The notes beneath the pieces are model-generated. The model saw only the letters and a list, made by a program, of their open reading frames with translations, searched no databases and was not told the origin of the DNA. Shown here one piece after another: positions 1 through 13,529 of a stretch of 64,000 bases of DNA. Position numbers and translations under genes: made by a program. Source of the stretch: the human T2T-CHM13v2.0 reference genome, Homo sapiens; the NCBI RefSeq assembly GCF_009914755.1, contig NC_060926.1, one strand, 5' to 3'. Numbering within the stretch: position 1 is the first letter of the stretch; every line of letters begins with the position of its first letter.

Positions 1-216
1 TGTTTCTGCCTTAGGGCTCTGCACTTGCCTTTTTTTTTTTTCCTTATGATGTTCTGCCAGGTCTTCAGTTGTGTGTCATTCTCATGAGTCAGGTCTTGGA
101 TTAAATATTAACCCTAAGACAAAACTTTCCTAGCATGAAGCACTGATGGATGTGGATGGTTGGATAGATGGAGAAAATATAGATCCTAAAAGAAGTAAGA
201 GAAAACTTGGTTGTCG

Positions 217-658
217 TGTAGTAGGCTGATGTACCAATGGAAGGAGCTATAAGGAGGAGGAGTCAGGAGTCAGTGGGAGCAGCCATTCCATACCCCTTTG
301 GAGAAAGGAGGCTAAAGAAGAGAGACTACAGGAAGAAGTAGTGCAAACCTAAGGAAGCTGGCGACATCAGGTGAAATTAGCACAAGCTTCTGGAGGGGAT
401 CTGGAGGGTCAGTTGCCTACCATCATGCTAATATATAAAGCATCAGACCTTAATTACACACCACTATATGGAATGAATGTACACTCTACACACCTTGGGC
501 ACTTCCTAGGGCCTGAGACTAGAGGCCATCTGCCTGGGTCAGGGAGAGGCAGGCTCTGGGCCTACTGCATTGCAGTTCTAGCAACCACTCTAGTCTGTAT
601 CTGTAGCTGTATCCAGTTAGTTCAGAAATCCAGGCAGAAAATAAAACTCAGCATCACA
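217..658 (+). mobile_element. Possible ancient LTR (family uncertain)
   Basis: Begins TGT and ends CATCACA. Has a TATA-like CTATAAGG near 247 and AATAAA at 640-645 just before the end. Family not recognised with confidence. Confidence 0.3.
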
Positions 659-679
659 TAATACCAGGAGCATCACAGA

Positions 680-1310
680 TCTGCCATGGTCTGCAGAGAA
701 TCCAAGTCTGTGCCACTTTGTTTTTTACAAGTATACAATCTCTTTTTTGATGTTATGAAACTCAAAGCTTACTATTTTTACCTTTATGACCAAAGATAAT
801 TGGCAACTTTCTATCTCCTCTGTAATGACTTTTTTCTTAAATCATGTTTGATGTTGACATTGTTTTAGGCCATAATGTCTCAAACTGTAGGTCATGAACC
901 GTTCATTAGTTTGTCATGAAATCAATTTAGATGGTTCATAACCAGAATATTTTTAACAAAATAGAACAGAGTAAATGAAAATAGAAAATACCAAAGTGTG
1001 TCACACAGAGTAAGGACAAGTACTATTTCAGAAAACATGTTTCAATTATTCATATAATGTACAATTTTTACATATATGTGTGTATAAGATATAAAATGTA
1101 GGGTCACAGCCAAAAAGCAGAAGCTATTGCTCTAGGTTTCTCTTGGCTTTAAAACAAGCTACATAAATATGTTATGAATAATGTATAAAATATATTCTAA
1201 AACAACTTCAAAATTCATGTAGAATTCATTCATGTCAAGGAAGCACTGCCAAAGATAATAACCATCAAAAGTAGTACACAACAGGTGTGGCAATTTGGAA
1301 GATTCTATTT
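680..1310. mobile_element. Old hAT-Charlie-type DNA transposon (MER113-like), split by the element at 871-1129
   Basis: Segments ~680-865 and ~1135-1310 resemble one recalled Charlie-group consensus (GATGTTATGAAACTCAAAGCTTACT...; GCCAAAGATAATAACCATCAAAAGT...). Confidence 0.5.
871..1129 (+). mobile_element. Non-autonomous hAT-Charlie DNA transposon
   Basis: Degenerate termini CATAATGTCTCAAACTG and GAAGCTATTG; internal GTCATGAAATCAATTTAG motif; flanks TTTTAGGC / CTCTAGGT resemble an 8-bp NTCTAGAN-type target site. Confidence 0.65.
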
Positions 1311-1349
1311 TAAGGCTGAGATCCTGACATTCCACTAGACTAAAGGTCA

Positions 1350-2563
<1,214 letters not shown>

Positions 2564-3959
2564 CATGTCAATTCTATTTCATAGGTTTTCCAGTCCTATG
2601 GGTGCCAGGGTCAAGGTCTGAACTCTAGGTCAGCCCTAAGTTCATCAGAGAAAGTCACTCTTCACCCATCAGCTAAGTGCCACCTCAGTGACTTTCCTTC
2701 TGTCCATGAATGCTACATCAGAAAAAAATATCATATGTTCCCTACATGTCCCCCTAAAAATAGATATAAGTGTTAGGAATGGAAGTATCAAAAGTGCACA
2801 AGGTCTACTACATAAATTGTGAAATACAGCCTGAGGCTTTATGTTTTGTTGATGACAGTGTAAAAATCACACAATTTTCATTAAAACAAAAATGGAAATG
2901 CTAAATACTTCAGGCCATTAACAGTGAACAACATGGTCACCATGCTCATATAATTAGGACCACACAAACATTTTAATCCTTCTCTGCTTGTACTTTTGTC
3001 CCAATCACATCCCTGACCCCATTAACCTGGGACATTCATCTCAGGGAAAGAACTCCACAAGGTGTGAGGGGACCTAGTAAACTTGGATCCTACCATCCCT
3101 AGGCCAACCCTGGCTCCTGTGCCACCCCCACTTTTTTTCAGGTTATGTAAGTTCTCCCAGAACTTACATACTTCTTACACTTCATACAACTTACACTGCC
3201 TTCTTCCCAGTGCAGTGACTGACCAGACCAAAGCTTTCATAGAAAAAAGGCCACCCAAGAGTGAAGGCGTGGACTCTTCCTGGCCTCTGAATCACCTCAG
3301 TTATACCCATGCACAGCTGAGCTGATTCTGCCTGGAGCTGGGGCCTGCTGGCTTTCTGAAGGCTCAGTGTGTCCTTCTGATCTGCAGGGTGTGGGATGCT
3401 GCAGCCAGAACTTGGGAGAAAGGGCAGATCCTATTAATCCAGGCTCTTTCCCATCAAAGAGAGTCCTGGATTTCCTTCTAGTGCACAATGGTCCCCACAT
3501 GCTGCTCTCTTCCTTAGACCATAACTTCTCCTGGCTCCAACAATATTGCTGCACTGTGCGCTCTATAAAGTGAGGGCCTGAGAAGGGCACAACCCAGGGC
3601 CCTGCTGCTGGGAGGACAGATCCCCATGCTGCAGGTTGCGGTGACGGCCAGACATGAAGGGAGCTGGGAGGGGAGGGAGGGAGGTAGGCATGGGGTAGGA
3701 GGCTGAAGGCAGCATAGAATACTGAACACAAAGTAGTACAACCTTGAAACTGTGCCTTACTGCAGCTCTATCACAAAAGGTCTCTTCTCCAGTGGGGACA
3801 ACAAGGAGGGAAAGAGAGACCTAGGACAAAGCTAAGAAGTAAAGTAAGTATACGCAGCTGCTGCACTCCAGGCTGAATGCAAAGTCTCAGGAGGAAGCTC
3901 AGGGGCAAGAGGATGACCAGCACTCAGGGCACCTGCACACATCTCAGCTCAGTAGTTTC

Positions 3960-4125
3960 AGCTGGTCTCTGACGGTTCCACTCCCCACCCATGCTGGACA
4001 GCTCTCCATGAGGAAATGGGTCCTTATGGTAAGCTGAAACTGGCCACATCATAAAGTCTACCTATTGGTCCTAGTTCTGTCCACTAGACAGCCACACACA
4101 GAAGGTCACAAGAGGGCCTTTTGGG
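3960..4125 (-). mobile_element. L3/CR1 LINE fragment
   Basis: CCTATTGGTCCTAGTTCTGTCC...GCCACACACAGAAG resembles antisense L3/CR1. Confidence 0.5.
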
Positions 4126-5891
4126 TACTGATGACACTTTTTTCTGCCACCCCAAGTTTCTCCATGCTATCCACCCCTGAAATCTTTCACCTGGTCCTTG
4201 TCTGGCATGGTTTCAGGGGAATTCACAATCCTACTGGCCATATCTGGAGATTCCTACACAGTCAGAGCCCCTGTCACTAATCCTCATCCTCTGCCAGGCA
4301 CGAGGCTTGCTGTCAACCTCTACTCCTCCCATCAAAATAGGCAAAGTGCTTGGTCCACTGAATTTGGTTGGCAGGGGGTGCATTTTCATGAATTTTTTCC
4401 TGAAAATAAAATTAATACTTAGGGCTCATTAAATAAATGCACACTTACTCTCAAACACACCACCATTGCAAAATGCTAGAAGAGATCTAAAAAGCTAGCT
4501 TCCCTGCCTGTTCCTAGAGAAGGCACAGCAGGAGAGGAAAAATAAATAACGTTCAAACAAATGTGTATAAAAGCTAAACAAATGTTTTCAGCTGTTTCAT
4601 TCTCACTTACACCCAAGCAGTGTTGCTGATGGATGAGGGTTGCAGGAACTCCCCTGGCTGGGGCCAATCTTCTTTCAAACAGCCACTGCTGCCAAAGCTA
4701 TCTCCTTATAGCGAAAAAGACCCTCTGTCCCCACCCATAGATGACATTACCTAGGTACCACCAAAGGCAGGCAGGGGGCACAAGCCTTACATCCAGGAAA
4801 GATAGACCACAGCAAGGACTATTCCTCTGGGTTTATGTCCCCTGTGGTATGTGGCTGAGAAGGAAGGAGCCATAGCTGTGCTCTGGTGGCCCAGGCCACA
4901 GGACAAACAATATGGCAAAAGGAAGGGCAGGAGCTGGGGATGGGCCTGAATATTAATCACTTTCCTGAAGCAGATCCTAGATGAAGTTGGCGGCTGCCAG
5001 ATTGCCAGTGTGCAGGACCAGGTAGGATGAACATGTACCTGGGGACAGTAATTCCAACCAAAACAATGGACATAACATTTACTCCACCGGGGCAGCTATA
5101 TCAACAGCTCTGCTCCTCTACACACCTGAAAGGGGCCACAGTTGCAAGAACACAAGAGCAGCTGGTGGAGCCAGAACTACCATTCCAATGCCCTTCACTG
5201 GGTAGAGGTGACCACCTGATCCATTCATGGGAGTCCACAATGCAGTTTGCTAAAACAATGCTTTCTCTGAAAAGGCAGAGGCAAGAAGTAAGAAACTGGA
5301 GCTACAAGCTGACCTGAGAATGGCCTGATTCCCAGGCCCATGTCTGGGAATTTTCTCTTTCCAAATATGAAGGAAATAAAAATAGGTAGGCAGGAAGGCC
5401 AAACTATGTTTGCAAAAACCCAAGTCTGGTTTTGAAATGCCTGCTCTCACCATTTCAAGGCTAAGAATAATGGAAGAAGTTGGGAATTCTGGCATGGTCC
5501 CAGGGTATGAGTGCACTTGGATCCAAGAACACATGGATGTTCGTGCCCACACCAAACCCTCTGGAGCTAGTCAAAAGTGTCAGGCGCCTTTAGAGAAATG
5601 AACGAGGAGCTGATTAAGAAACGCGGCTGCTGACAAGCAGGAATTGCCCTATAAAACATTTCAAGGTGTCAGCGATGGAAATGCACTCCACAGCCACTCA
5701 GTAGAGAGGGCAGAGCTCCCCCACGCTGTGGAGTGCCAGCAGTAGCCCAGGCCCAGGCAGGCGGCTTCCATCCAGCTGGGCCTCAGGATAGGACCACTAG
5801 GCAGGTCAACCAACGGCGAGCAAACACGAATGGCATTCAGCTTATCGCTCAACTAAACTACCTTAAACATCTGTGCTTTCCTCTGAAACCT

Positions 5892-6263
5892 TGTTATGGA
5901 CTGAATTGTGTTCCTTGAAATTTATATGTAGAAATTCTAACCCCCAGGACCTCAGAATGGGACTGTAGTCGAAGACAGAGGTAATTAAGCTAAAATGAGA
6001 TTATTAGGGAAGCCTTAATCCAGTATGACCAGTATCCTTGTAAGAAGAGAAGACTGGGACACAGAAACATAAGAAAGACCATGTGAGGACACAGGGAGAA
6101 GACAGTCATCCATGAGCCAAAAAGAGAGGCCTCCAAAGAAATCAACCCTGCCAACACCTTCATCTTAGAATTCTAGACTCTGGAATTGTAAAACAATTGA
6201 TTTCTGCTGTTTAGGCCACCCATTCTGTGTACTTGATAATGGCAGATCTACTGGACTATTACA
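5892..6263 (+). mobile_element. MaLR solo LTR (MLT1A/B-type)
   Basis: Starts TGTTATGGACTGAATTGTG, ends GACTATTACA; internal GGACACAGGGAGAAGACAG and CCTGCCAACACCTTCATCTT. Confidence 0.9.
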
Positions 6264-6414
6264 CTCCTGCTCTGCTTGCCCTGTGTTTAATAAAAACAGA
6301 CTGATGCTCCCATTTGTAATAAGTAGTAGCAGGGGAGCATAAGCACCATCTTCACATACCTGAAGCACAACCTCACAGAAGAGGGAGCCAACAGGCTCCC
6401 TGGAATACAAGATA

Positions 6415-6630
6415 CTGAGTGACTGCCAGGCATTAGGATGAGCTCTCTACTCTCATCATTTCCTGCAATCCCTACAACAACTCCAAAAAGTAGCCACAAT
6501 TATCCCTATTTTGAAGAAGGGAAAAAAGGGACTTAGAGGTGGTAGGTCTCTTGACAAGCGTGTATGTCTAAATAAATGGCAGAAGTGAGATTAAAATCCA
6601 GGTTTGTCCGACTCCAAGCTGTGTCTCTCC
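6415..6630 (-). mobile_element. MIR
   Basis: Antisense core ATTATCCCTATTTT...AAATGGCAGAAGTGAGATTAAAATCCAGGT. Confidence 0.7.
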
Positions 6631-7446
6631 GTTGAACTAGAACCAATGGTATCAGTCCAGGGACGCAGCTCTTCTCTCTAATGGTCAAGCTGTCTAACAA
6701 CAAAAATGGACACTATGCATGCAGAGAGTTCCATAGCTAGAGGCATTCAGGCAGGGTCTGGAAGATGGAATTTGGTGGGTTATAGTTTGCAATCACCCAT
6801 CTGCTCCAACTCAACACGGTTAGGACACATTATTTACCTTCCACCCATCCCCCCCAACACACACACCCCTGGGAGGCAATGATCTGAATTGCTGAGGGGG
6901 TCCATTTAATTTGAAAGTGCCCTCCCAAGTGATTCTAGTCCCTAATACTTGGGGGTGTCCCTGTTGAGAACCCTTGTGAAAGGGGGTTGGGTTGGGCTGA
7001 TTCCAAAGATCCCTCTAGCCCTGAAGTCTACAGCTCTTGAACATTTATGGAGCCTCAACAGTACACACAGCACTCCGGCACAGTGCCTCCAGATCATTCC
7101 CCAGAGCCAAGGGCAGGGGATCCATGCTGGATATGCAATGAGCTCGACCTCTTTTTGCACAAACACAGTGGTCTGGCTGGAGAGAGAAGCAGAGTGTGCC
7201 CAGGAATGGCCTTGGCAGGTCAAGACCAAGGCCCCGCAGGACTGGACTAGAAGTATGCTGTGTTTATTCTCACTTGGCTGGCAAGTCATCGCCACCCCCC
7301 CAGTCTGTCCCAGCTGAGGCAGAACAAGCAGTTTTGCCATCGTGACCCCGCCAATGAGTTGATGACAATGCTAGGCTGATGGCTCAGGGCCCTGTAGCAC
7401 TCCAATCACAGCTGGGGTCACTCAGGCCCCCACATAAGCTCAGCCC

Positions 7447-7969
7447 AGAAGGAAGGAAGGAAGAGGGGAAGGGGAAGGGGAGGGGAGGGGAGGGGAGGGG
7501 AAGGGAAGGGAAGGGAAGGGAAGGGAAGGGAAGGGAAGGGAAGGGAAGGGAAGGGAGAGGAGAGGAGAGATAAGGAGAGGAGAGGAGGAGGAAGAGGAAA
7601 GGGGAGAGAGGGGAGAGGAGGGAAGGGGAGGGGTTGAGGAAAGGAGGGGAGGGGGAGGGGAAGGGAGGGGAGGAAATGGGAGGGGAGAGGTGGGGAGGAA
7701 AGAGGAGGGAAAAGGAGAGGAAGAGAGGGTAAAGAAGCAAAGAGAGAGAAAGAAGGAAGGGAGGGGAGAGGAGAGAGGAGAGGGGAGGAGAGGAGGAGAG
7801 GGAAGGGGAGAGAAGGGAAGGGAGGGGAGGGGAGGGAAAAGCAGGAAGGGAGGGGAGGGGAGGTAAAAGAAGGAAGGGAGCAGAAGGGAGGGGAGGGAAA
7901 GGAAGGAGGGAGAGAGGGAGAGAGAGGGAGGGAGAGACAGGGAGGGAGAGAGAGGGAGGGAGGGTAGGA
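7447..7969 (+). repeat. ~520-bp polypurine (GA-rich) tract including (AAGGG)11
   Basis: Almost only G/A on the + strand; perfect AAGGG x11 at 7501-7555. Confidence 0.97.
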
Positions 7970-8099
7970 TTCCAGCTAGCTGCACACAGTTGCTAAGTCC
8001 TCAGTCAGCTGGGCCACTTATCCCATTCTGACTTGGGCCCCGGTGCTGGTACCTGTACTTAGCCCTTGATCCAAAACCCCCTGGTTATTTCTGTCCCTT

Positions 8100-8450
8100 C
8101 CAAGCCTTTACCCGGTTGTCCTCTCTGCCCCTCTCTAATGCTCTCTCTAGGAAGAAGAGGCCTGGGTCTGAGTGCCATCCCTTAGAGAACCTTCACTAGA
8201 GATCTCAGCTGTGACTTCTGCAGGGAAGCATTTTCTGATCCCAGCCAATGCTAGTTAAAGGCTAGTTTGCTGTGCTCCTAAAACCCCTAAGATAATGCAT
8301 ATGGCATTGTTTTAAATTATCTGTCTACCAGCCCTCTGCCCTACTAGAATTTAAGTACCTTGAGGGTAGAAACTGTGTCTTCACCACCTTATTCCTAATG
8401 CCTGGCATGGGATAGGAACTCAAACTGTATTTGCTAAATAAATGTATGAA
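8100..8450 (+). mobile_element. L2 3' end
   Basis: CTAGAATTTAAGTACCTTGAGGGTAGAAACTGTGTC...TATTTGCTAAATAAATGTATGAA. Confidence 0.75.
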
Positions 8451-8898
8451 GGCAGAGAAGAACATTTTAAGTGACACCAAGGTCTTGCCACTAGAGCTCA
8501 AATCATATCCTCGTTAAGTTGCACTCCTTCCAGAGGCCTCTGGAGAAGCTCAGGAAGATCTCATGCAAAAGAGTGACAGGAACAGATTTACCACGGGTCC
8601 AAAAGATGTCCTGGCCTGTGTAGAGGAGAGAGAGAACTGGGCAGCATCGGTGTCTCCTGCTTGGCAGGGATAAGTTGGCAGTTAGCAGGCACCTCATGAG
8701 AGAGAGGGGCAAGTAGAGGAAGACAGCAGGGAGAGGAAGGGAGAGACAGCAGTCAGGTAAGCCCAGGAGGTAGAGAGAAGCCACAAATCCAAAACTTTCC
8801 AGCAGCCAAATCCTTCAGGACCCCTTATCTCCAAGCCCTACTTATCCTCCACATGAATTTCCCTGAAGCACAAACAAATCCTCGTCAAGAATACTTGT

Positions 8899-9204
8899 GG
8901 CCCTAGCACAGTGGCTCTCGCCTGTGATCTCAGCACATTGGTAGGCTGAGGTGAGCAGATCACCTGAGGTCAGGAGTTCAAGACCAGTCTGGCCAACATG
9001 GTGAAAACCCATCTTTACTAAAAATACAAAAATTAGTCAGCCATGGTGGCACATGCCTGTAATCCCAGCTACTCAGGAGGCTGAAGCAGGAGAATTACTT
9101 GAGCCTGGGAGATGGAGGTTGCAGTGAGCCAAGATCCCACCACTGTATTCCAGCCTGGGTGACAGCGGGAGACTCCATCTCAGAAAAAAAAAAAAAAAAA
9201 AAAA
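8899..9204 (+). mobile_element. AluSx-like
   Basis: Full dimer with GATCACCTGAGGTCAGGAG and an A-tail. TSD AAGAATA(C/T)TTGT at 8887-8898 and 9205-9216. Confidence 0.95.
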
Positions 9205-9529
9205 AAGAATATTTGTGAGCTGCAGCCTACCAGTCAGGACCCACAGCCCCAGAGATGAGGAAATAAGAGGTGGGAGCTGGTCCTGCCCTGTCTCCCTCTG
9301 GGAGCTCCCAATCTCAGCTCTGCAAGAGCCTAAACTCCATAAGGGGCACCTGATGAGCTAAACACATACAGAGCCCTGCAACCTGGGGCTCAGGGGAGGC
9401 TCCTGCAAGAAGGGCCTGGGTGTGGGCCTTGGTCAATGGGCAGGATTGGTGGGGAGGCTGCCAGGTGGGGTTGGAAACCTGACAAATGTGGAAGTTGGGC
9501 AACAAGAGTGGGTGGTAGGGAAAGACATA

Positions 9530-10390
9530 GAGATGTACAGTCAATATGACTTATCACTGCTGACGGTGACCTTGATCACCTGGCTGAAGTCACACTTGCC
9601 AGGTTTCTCCACTGAAAAGTTACTCTATTTTTCCCCCATCATTCTTTGGCAGTAAGTCACTGTGTGCATCCCACTCTTGAGAGATGTGGAGTTACGTTCC
9701 ACCTCTTTGAGGACGGAGTACCTACATAAATGATTTGGAATTCTTCCACACAGGAGATTTGTCTATTCTTCCTCTGTTTTTCTATTCGCTCATTTGTTTA
9801 TATAAATTACTACTCTTTATTTTCTTGCTCAAATTGTTTCAACTTGGCCGTTGGTAACTCTTTTAGTTACTGCTGCACTCCTATAGTACCCTTTTTGCTG
9901 AGGGTGGTTTGATGGTTTTGAGCACTTTCTTATTTTATGGCACTACAAGATCCTCCAGGCTCACCTTACATATTTCTTACTCCAGTCCCAGAATCAGCCC
10001 ATAGTTCCTCTTACTAGAGAATGGTATTAGAAACCAATATCTGGGCACTATATATGCTCATTGCTACTGAGGTGTTCTTGCTTCTAGGCTCTCTCAGCTG
10101 ACAGAGAAAGTAAATACATATGGGTATACTAATGTGTGTATCTACACACACCTGTAAATTTAAATACATATCTATCTGTGTCTATATTAAACTAAACGTG
10201 AGTTTATGCCAATGTCTCCAACTCTAATCTGTTACAACATGAATCATTCTGGCCTCCTCTCCTCGCTTGTCTATAACCTCCTTCTCTAACAGTAAGAACA
10301 AAGTTCCTGCCATCTGCCATCCATTTACTCAATTGTTCAATTCCAGGATACATGTATGGCAGTATCAGAGCTACCCAGCACCCCTATGAT
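9530..10390 (-). mobile_element. L1M (L1MC/MD-type) 3' region
   Basis: Antisense motifs CCTTGATCACCTGGCTGA, CAGGTTTCTCCACTG, GGCACTACAAGAT, GAATGGTATTAGAAACCAA. Confidence 0.85.
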
Positions 10391-10699
10391 GGTGATGGTG
10401 GTTTTTCTATGCTATTTAATGCCATGATTACTCAAGCACAGGTATCCTTGCAAGGCAAATGCTGACCTTCACAGGTGCCCAGAAGTCCCAACCCCTGATT
10501 CATTGAGCAATCAGCTCACCAACTGCTAGGGCCTCCTTCTAATAGCCGCCACTGTACCCTCACGCCATGCTCTAGTGAGAAGCAAGGAAGTCAAGCCAGG
10601 CATCTTCCCTTCCCATGAGCCCACTGCCCCCACCCACAGCAAACTGGCAACCCCCAAGGGTATTGCAGCCTCTGCATTAGAGCAAACCAGGATCAGGGT

Positions 10700-10902
10700 A
10701 AGTGAGAAGCTCACATAAGCCAGGGCTCCAAGCACATGTTACATGTCCCATCAGACTTGACTTACGAAACACAAATGCAAAGATAAAATTATTACAAATT
10801 TCAAGTCAGTGAGTGCGGTGTATAAATTCCAAGCACAGGGCCCATCTAAGCATGGAGTTCCTGGTTGACTACACTGGCCCCACACTCATGAAGCCAGCCC
10901 TG
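10700..10902 (-). mobile_element. MER45-family hAT-Tip100 fragment
   Basis: Ends CATGAAGCCAGCCCTG (reverse complement of the MER45 5' terminus); GTCCCATCAGACTTGACTTACGAAACACAAAT. Confidence 0.75.
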
Positions 10903-11374
10903 CCTGGCACTCACGTGCCCCAGAGAGGCCCCTGTCATCCATTTGCATATTGCCTTCCCAAAGCTCAGTCAATCCAGCCTACTATGGGCCACATCCTGGT
11001 CTTCTTCCACAGCAGTGTTACCAGGCAGTAACCCTAGCCTCTAAAATTCATTTTATTTGGACATATATATTTATAAATACCCACAAGAGAGAACATCTTT
11101 CAATGAAACTTAAAGAAATTTTTGCAAACTGGAAAAGATATCAGCCTTAACATGCTTGGACATAGAGTTTTCTCATGGCTGGAGCCAGGAACGTAGGTGG
11201 CTGGGGTCCCTGGAATTTTATTTGGGTAAAGTATTTTAGGAAGGATTAAAGGAAGAACTCACAGATTTTCCAAGGAGCCCTTTATTTTGGTGATCTGCAA
11301 GATACCCTCTAGCCTCCCAGCTCCCTGACCCTCTGAGTACATTGAGAGACAATGCACTCAGATGGGACACTAGA

Positions 11375-11600
11375 CACTGACATCTGGACGCAGGGAATGA
11401 AACCCTGGCTTCTCTCACCATGGGCCTCCACAAGACATTTTGTCTCTGAGCCTTAGTTGATTCCTCATCTATAAAATGGGCAGGGGGTGGTCCCTGATGA
11501 CCTCCCTCGTAGGGTTTCTATGAGTATCCATTGGAAATGACATCTATGAAGGCTAACACAGTACTCTACCCATGGAAGTGCTCAGTCAAGGGTGGTGGCA
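11375..11600 (+). mobile_element. MIR
   Basis: TCTCTGAGCCTTAG..TTCCTCATCTATAAAATGGG core. Confidence 0.75.
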
Positions 11601-12634
11601 TGTTGCTGAGTGCTTGACCCCTGAGACCCAGCCCCAGTTTCTAAGGAAAGCAGAGAGAAAAATGGCCCTCTCTCTAAGCCATGGAGGTCAGCTTAGGCAA
11701 GCCCTGGGTCCCTTGTTCCAGAAAAGATTCCCAGGCGAAAATAGCTTTTGCAACATCTATATTGAACAATGGCTTTTTCCAAATAGTCACCTCATAAATG
11801 AATGGTCCAAGGACAACTAATTGAAGCCTCTATGATCTACAGCTTTTTCTGTCCACAGGCCCAGGGCAGGCAGATGCACACTGACCTCCTGGGGGCTCAC
11901 AGACCATCACCAGGGCCATCTGTAGTGAGCGATCCTGGGCTATGAATGCATTTGTACAGTGCACCACCTGTGACCCCACAAATAAGAGGGCATCTCATGG
12001 CCTCACCTCCCTCTATTGCTTCCATTAGCAGCATCCTGAAAAGCCAGGCCCTAAGAATTGTTAATTCCTGGCCACGGAGGGGCTCCGAGTTGGGGTCAGG
12101 TGTCACCTTCAGGCCTGTGCACCTGCCCACACCCTCTGAGACTGAGCAACTGGCTTAGTCAGGCCCACTACAGGGGCTCCAGGAGCCTGGCCTTTTCCAG
12201 AGGGGACATGTGGGACCTCTTTCCACAGAGAGGGAGAAGGATTCCCTCACTCTCCCCTTCTTTCTGCCACATGATGAGGTAGCCCTAGGGTCAGTAAAGC
12301 CACCCACTGGCAGGGATCAGCAAAGGAGCCCTGCTGGTGGCCACCTGGGTGTGTCTTCATCCTGGCCCAGCTCATGCGAGTCTTCAAGGGGTGGCTGTGG
12401 CTCCAGAGGCAGGTCCATTCACAGGGGCCAGCTCAGGGACTGCATTTGCTGTTCCAGCTGTGAAAGCAGGAAGTGCTTTCCTGGCCTCCACTCCCACTTA
12501 GCTTTCACTGAGTACCCACTGCATGCCAGACCTGGAGCTGGGGGCTGGGGGATCAGGGCAGACAGACAAGGAAGACACTCTGGGAAACACCAGGTCTGGT
12601 GGATTATAGGTGTTAGGTTTTATATGTGGCTGTA

Positions 12635-13345
12635 CCTGGCTGGGTTTTTTGAGTACTTATTATGTGCCAGAAACCACAGTAAGCACTTAACATGTATGGT
12701 CTCATTTAATCCTCACTATTGAACTATGAAACTGTTACTGTTTCTACACCCATTGTATAGATGAGAAAACTGAGGCAGAGACCAGTGAAGAAGTCTATCT
12801 AAGGTGACAGAGTGTGTCAGTTGCTGCTCTGGAAAGCAGATGTCAAGCAAAGTTAGAAGTGCAAGAGATTTATTGGAAAAACAACTGTGAAAGACAACAG
12901 GGAGAGGGAAAGGGAGAAGCAGGAGGACTTTCGGACATCTGCAAAAGGATTGGCAGGAGGAAGAAAGATTGGGCAGAAAGGCCTGACTTTAATGCATATC
13001 TGAAAAAATCTCATGGCCCAACAGATAGCTCCAGTGCAAAGATTGCCTGCAGAGGGTCCCACACAGAGCTGAAATAGCCAGGCCCCTGGAGTGCTGCTGT
13101 GCTCAGCTGTTGGCTGGGAGAAGCCCAGGGTGAGAGCAAGCTTGGCTCAAACACTGCAGAGGATCCCAAAGATGCAGTAGCTGGAGGCCATCAGCCAACT
13201 GCCCCACTCCAAGCTCCTTGACAACATCTGTCTTGCCTGGAGGTCTGAGTCCCCCTCCTGGGAAAGTGGCACACCAAGGAGCTGTGGCTCAAACCAGGTC
13301 TTGTGCTGACTTCAGAACCCATACTCTCATTCATTATGCTAAACA
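12635..13345 (-). mobile_element. MIR split by an LTR33-family insertion
   Basis: Antisense MIR ~12635-12812 (CATTTAATCCTCAC...GAGAAAACTGAGGCAGAG) resumes at ~13265-13345 (CTCAAACCAGGTC...GACTTCAGAACCCATACTC). Confidence 0.75.
12813..13262 (-). mobile_element. LTR33-family ERVL solo LTR
   Basis: GTGCAAGAGATTTATTGG, GCAAAGATTGCCTG, TGTGCTCAGCTGTTGGCTGGG, GCTGGAGGCCATCAGCCAACTGC. Confidence 0.8.
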
Positions 13346-13529
13346 GACGAATTCACGGGTGATTATGTCTCTGACTGCTCTCTCCAAAACGTATTAGTCA
13401 GTCACCTAGCTGTATGGAGCCCTCACATATGCTTCTCTCCATGCGGTGTAAAGAGAAAGCCTGATTCCTACCTATAGGAGGTTCCAGCTGAGGAAGACAA
13501 GACTGAAAAAAAAAGGCACCAAGATGAAC

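Noticed and set aside
4400-4440. Two AATAAA hexamers as a transcript 3' end
   Set aside because: Common in AT-rich patches; no upstream exon or clear downstream GU-rich element.
7384-7985. Pro/Ser/Leu-rich ORFs of 118 and 181 aa
   Set aside because: Translation of the polypyrimidine strand of the GA repeat.
12210-12722. 170-aa ORF
   Set aside because: The 3' half runs through L2 and MIR fossils; no recognisable domain.
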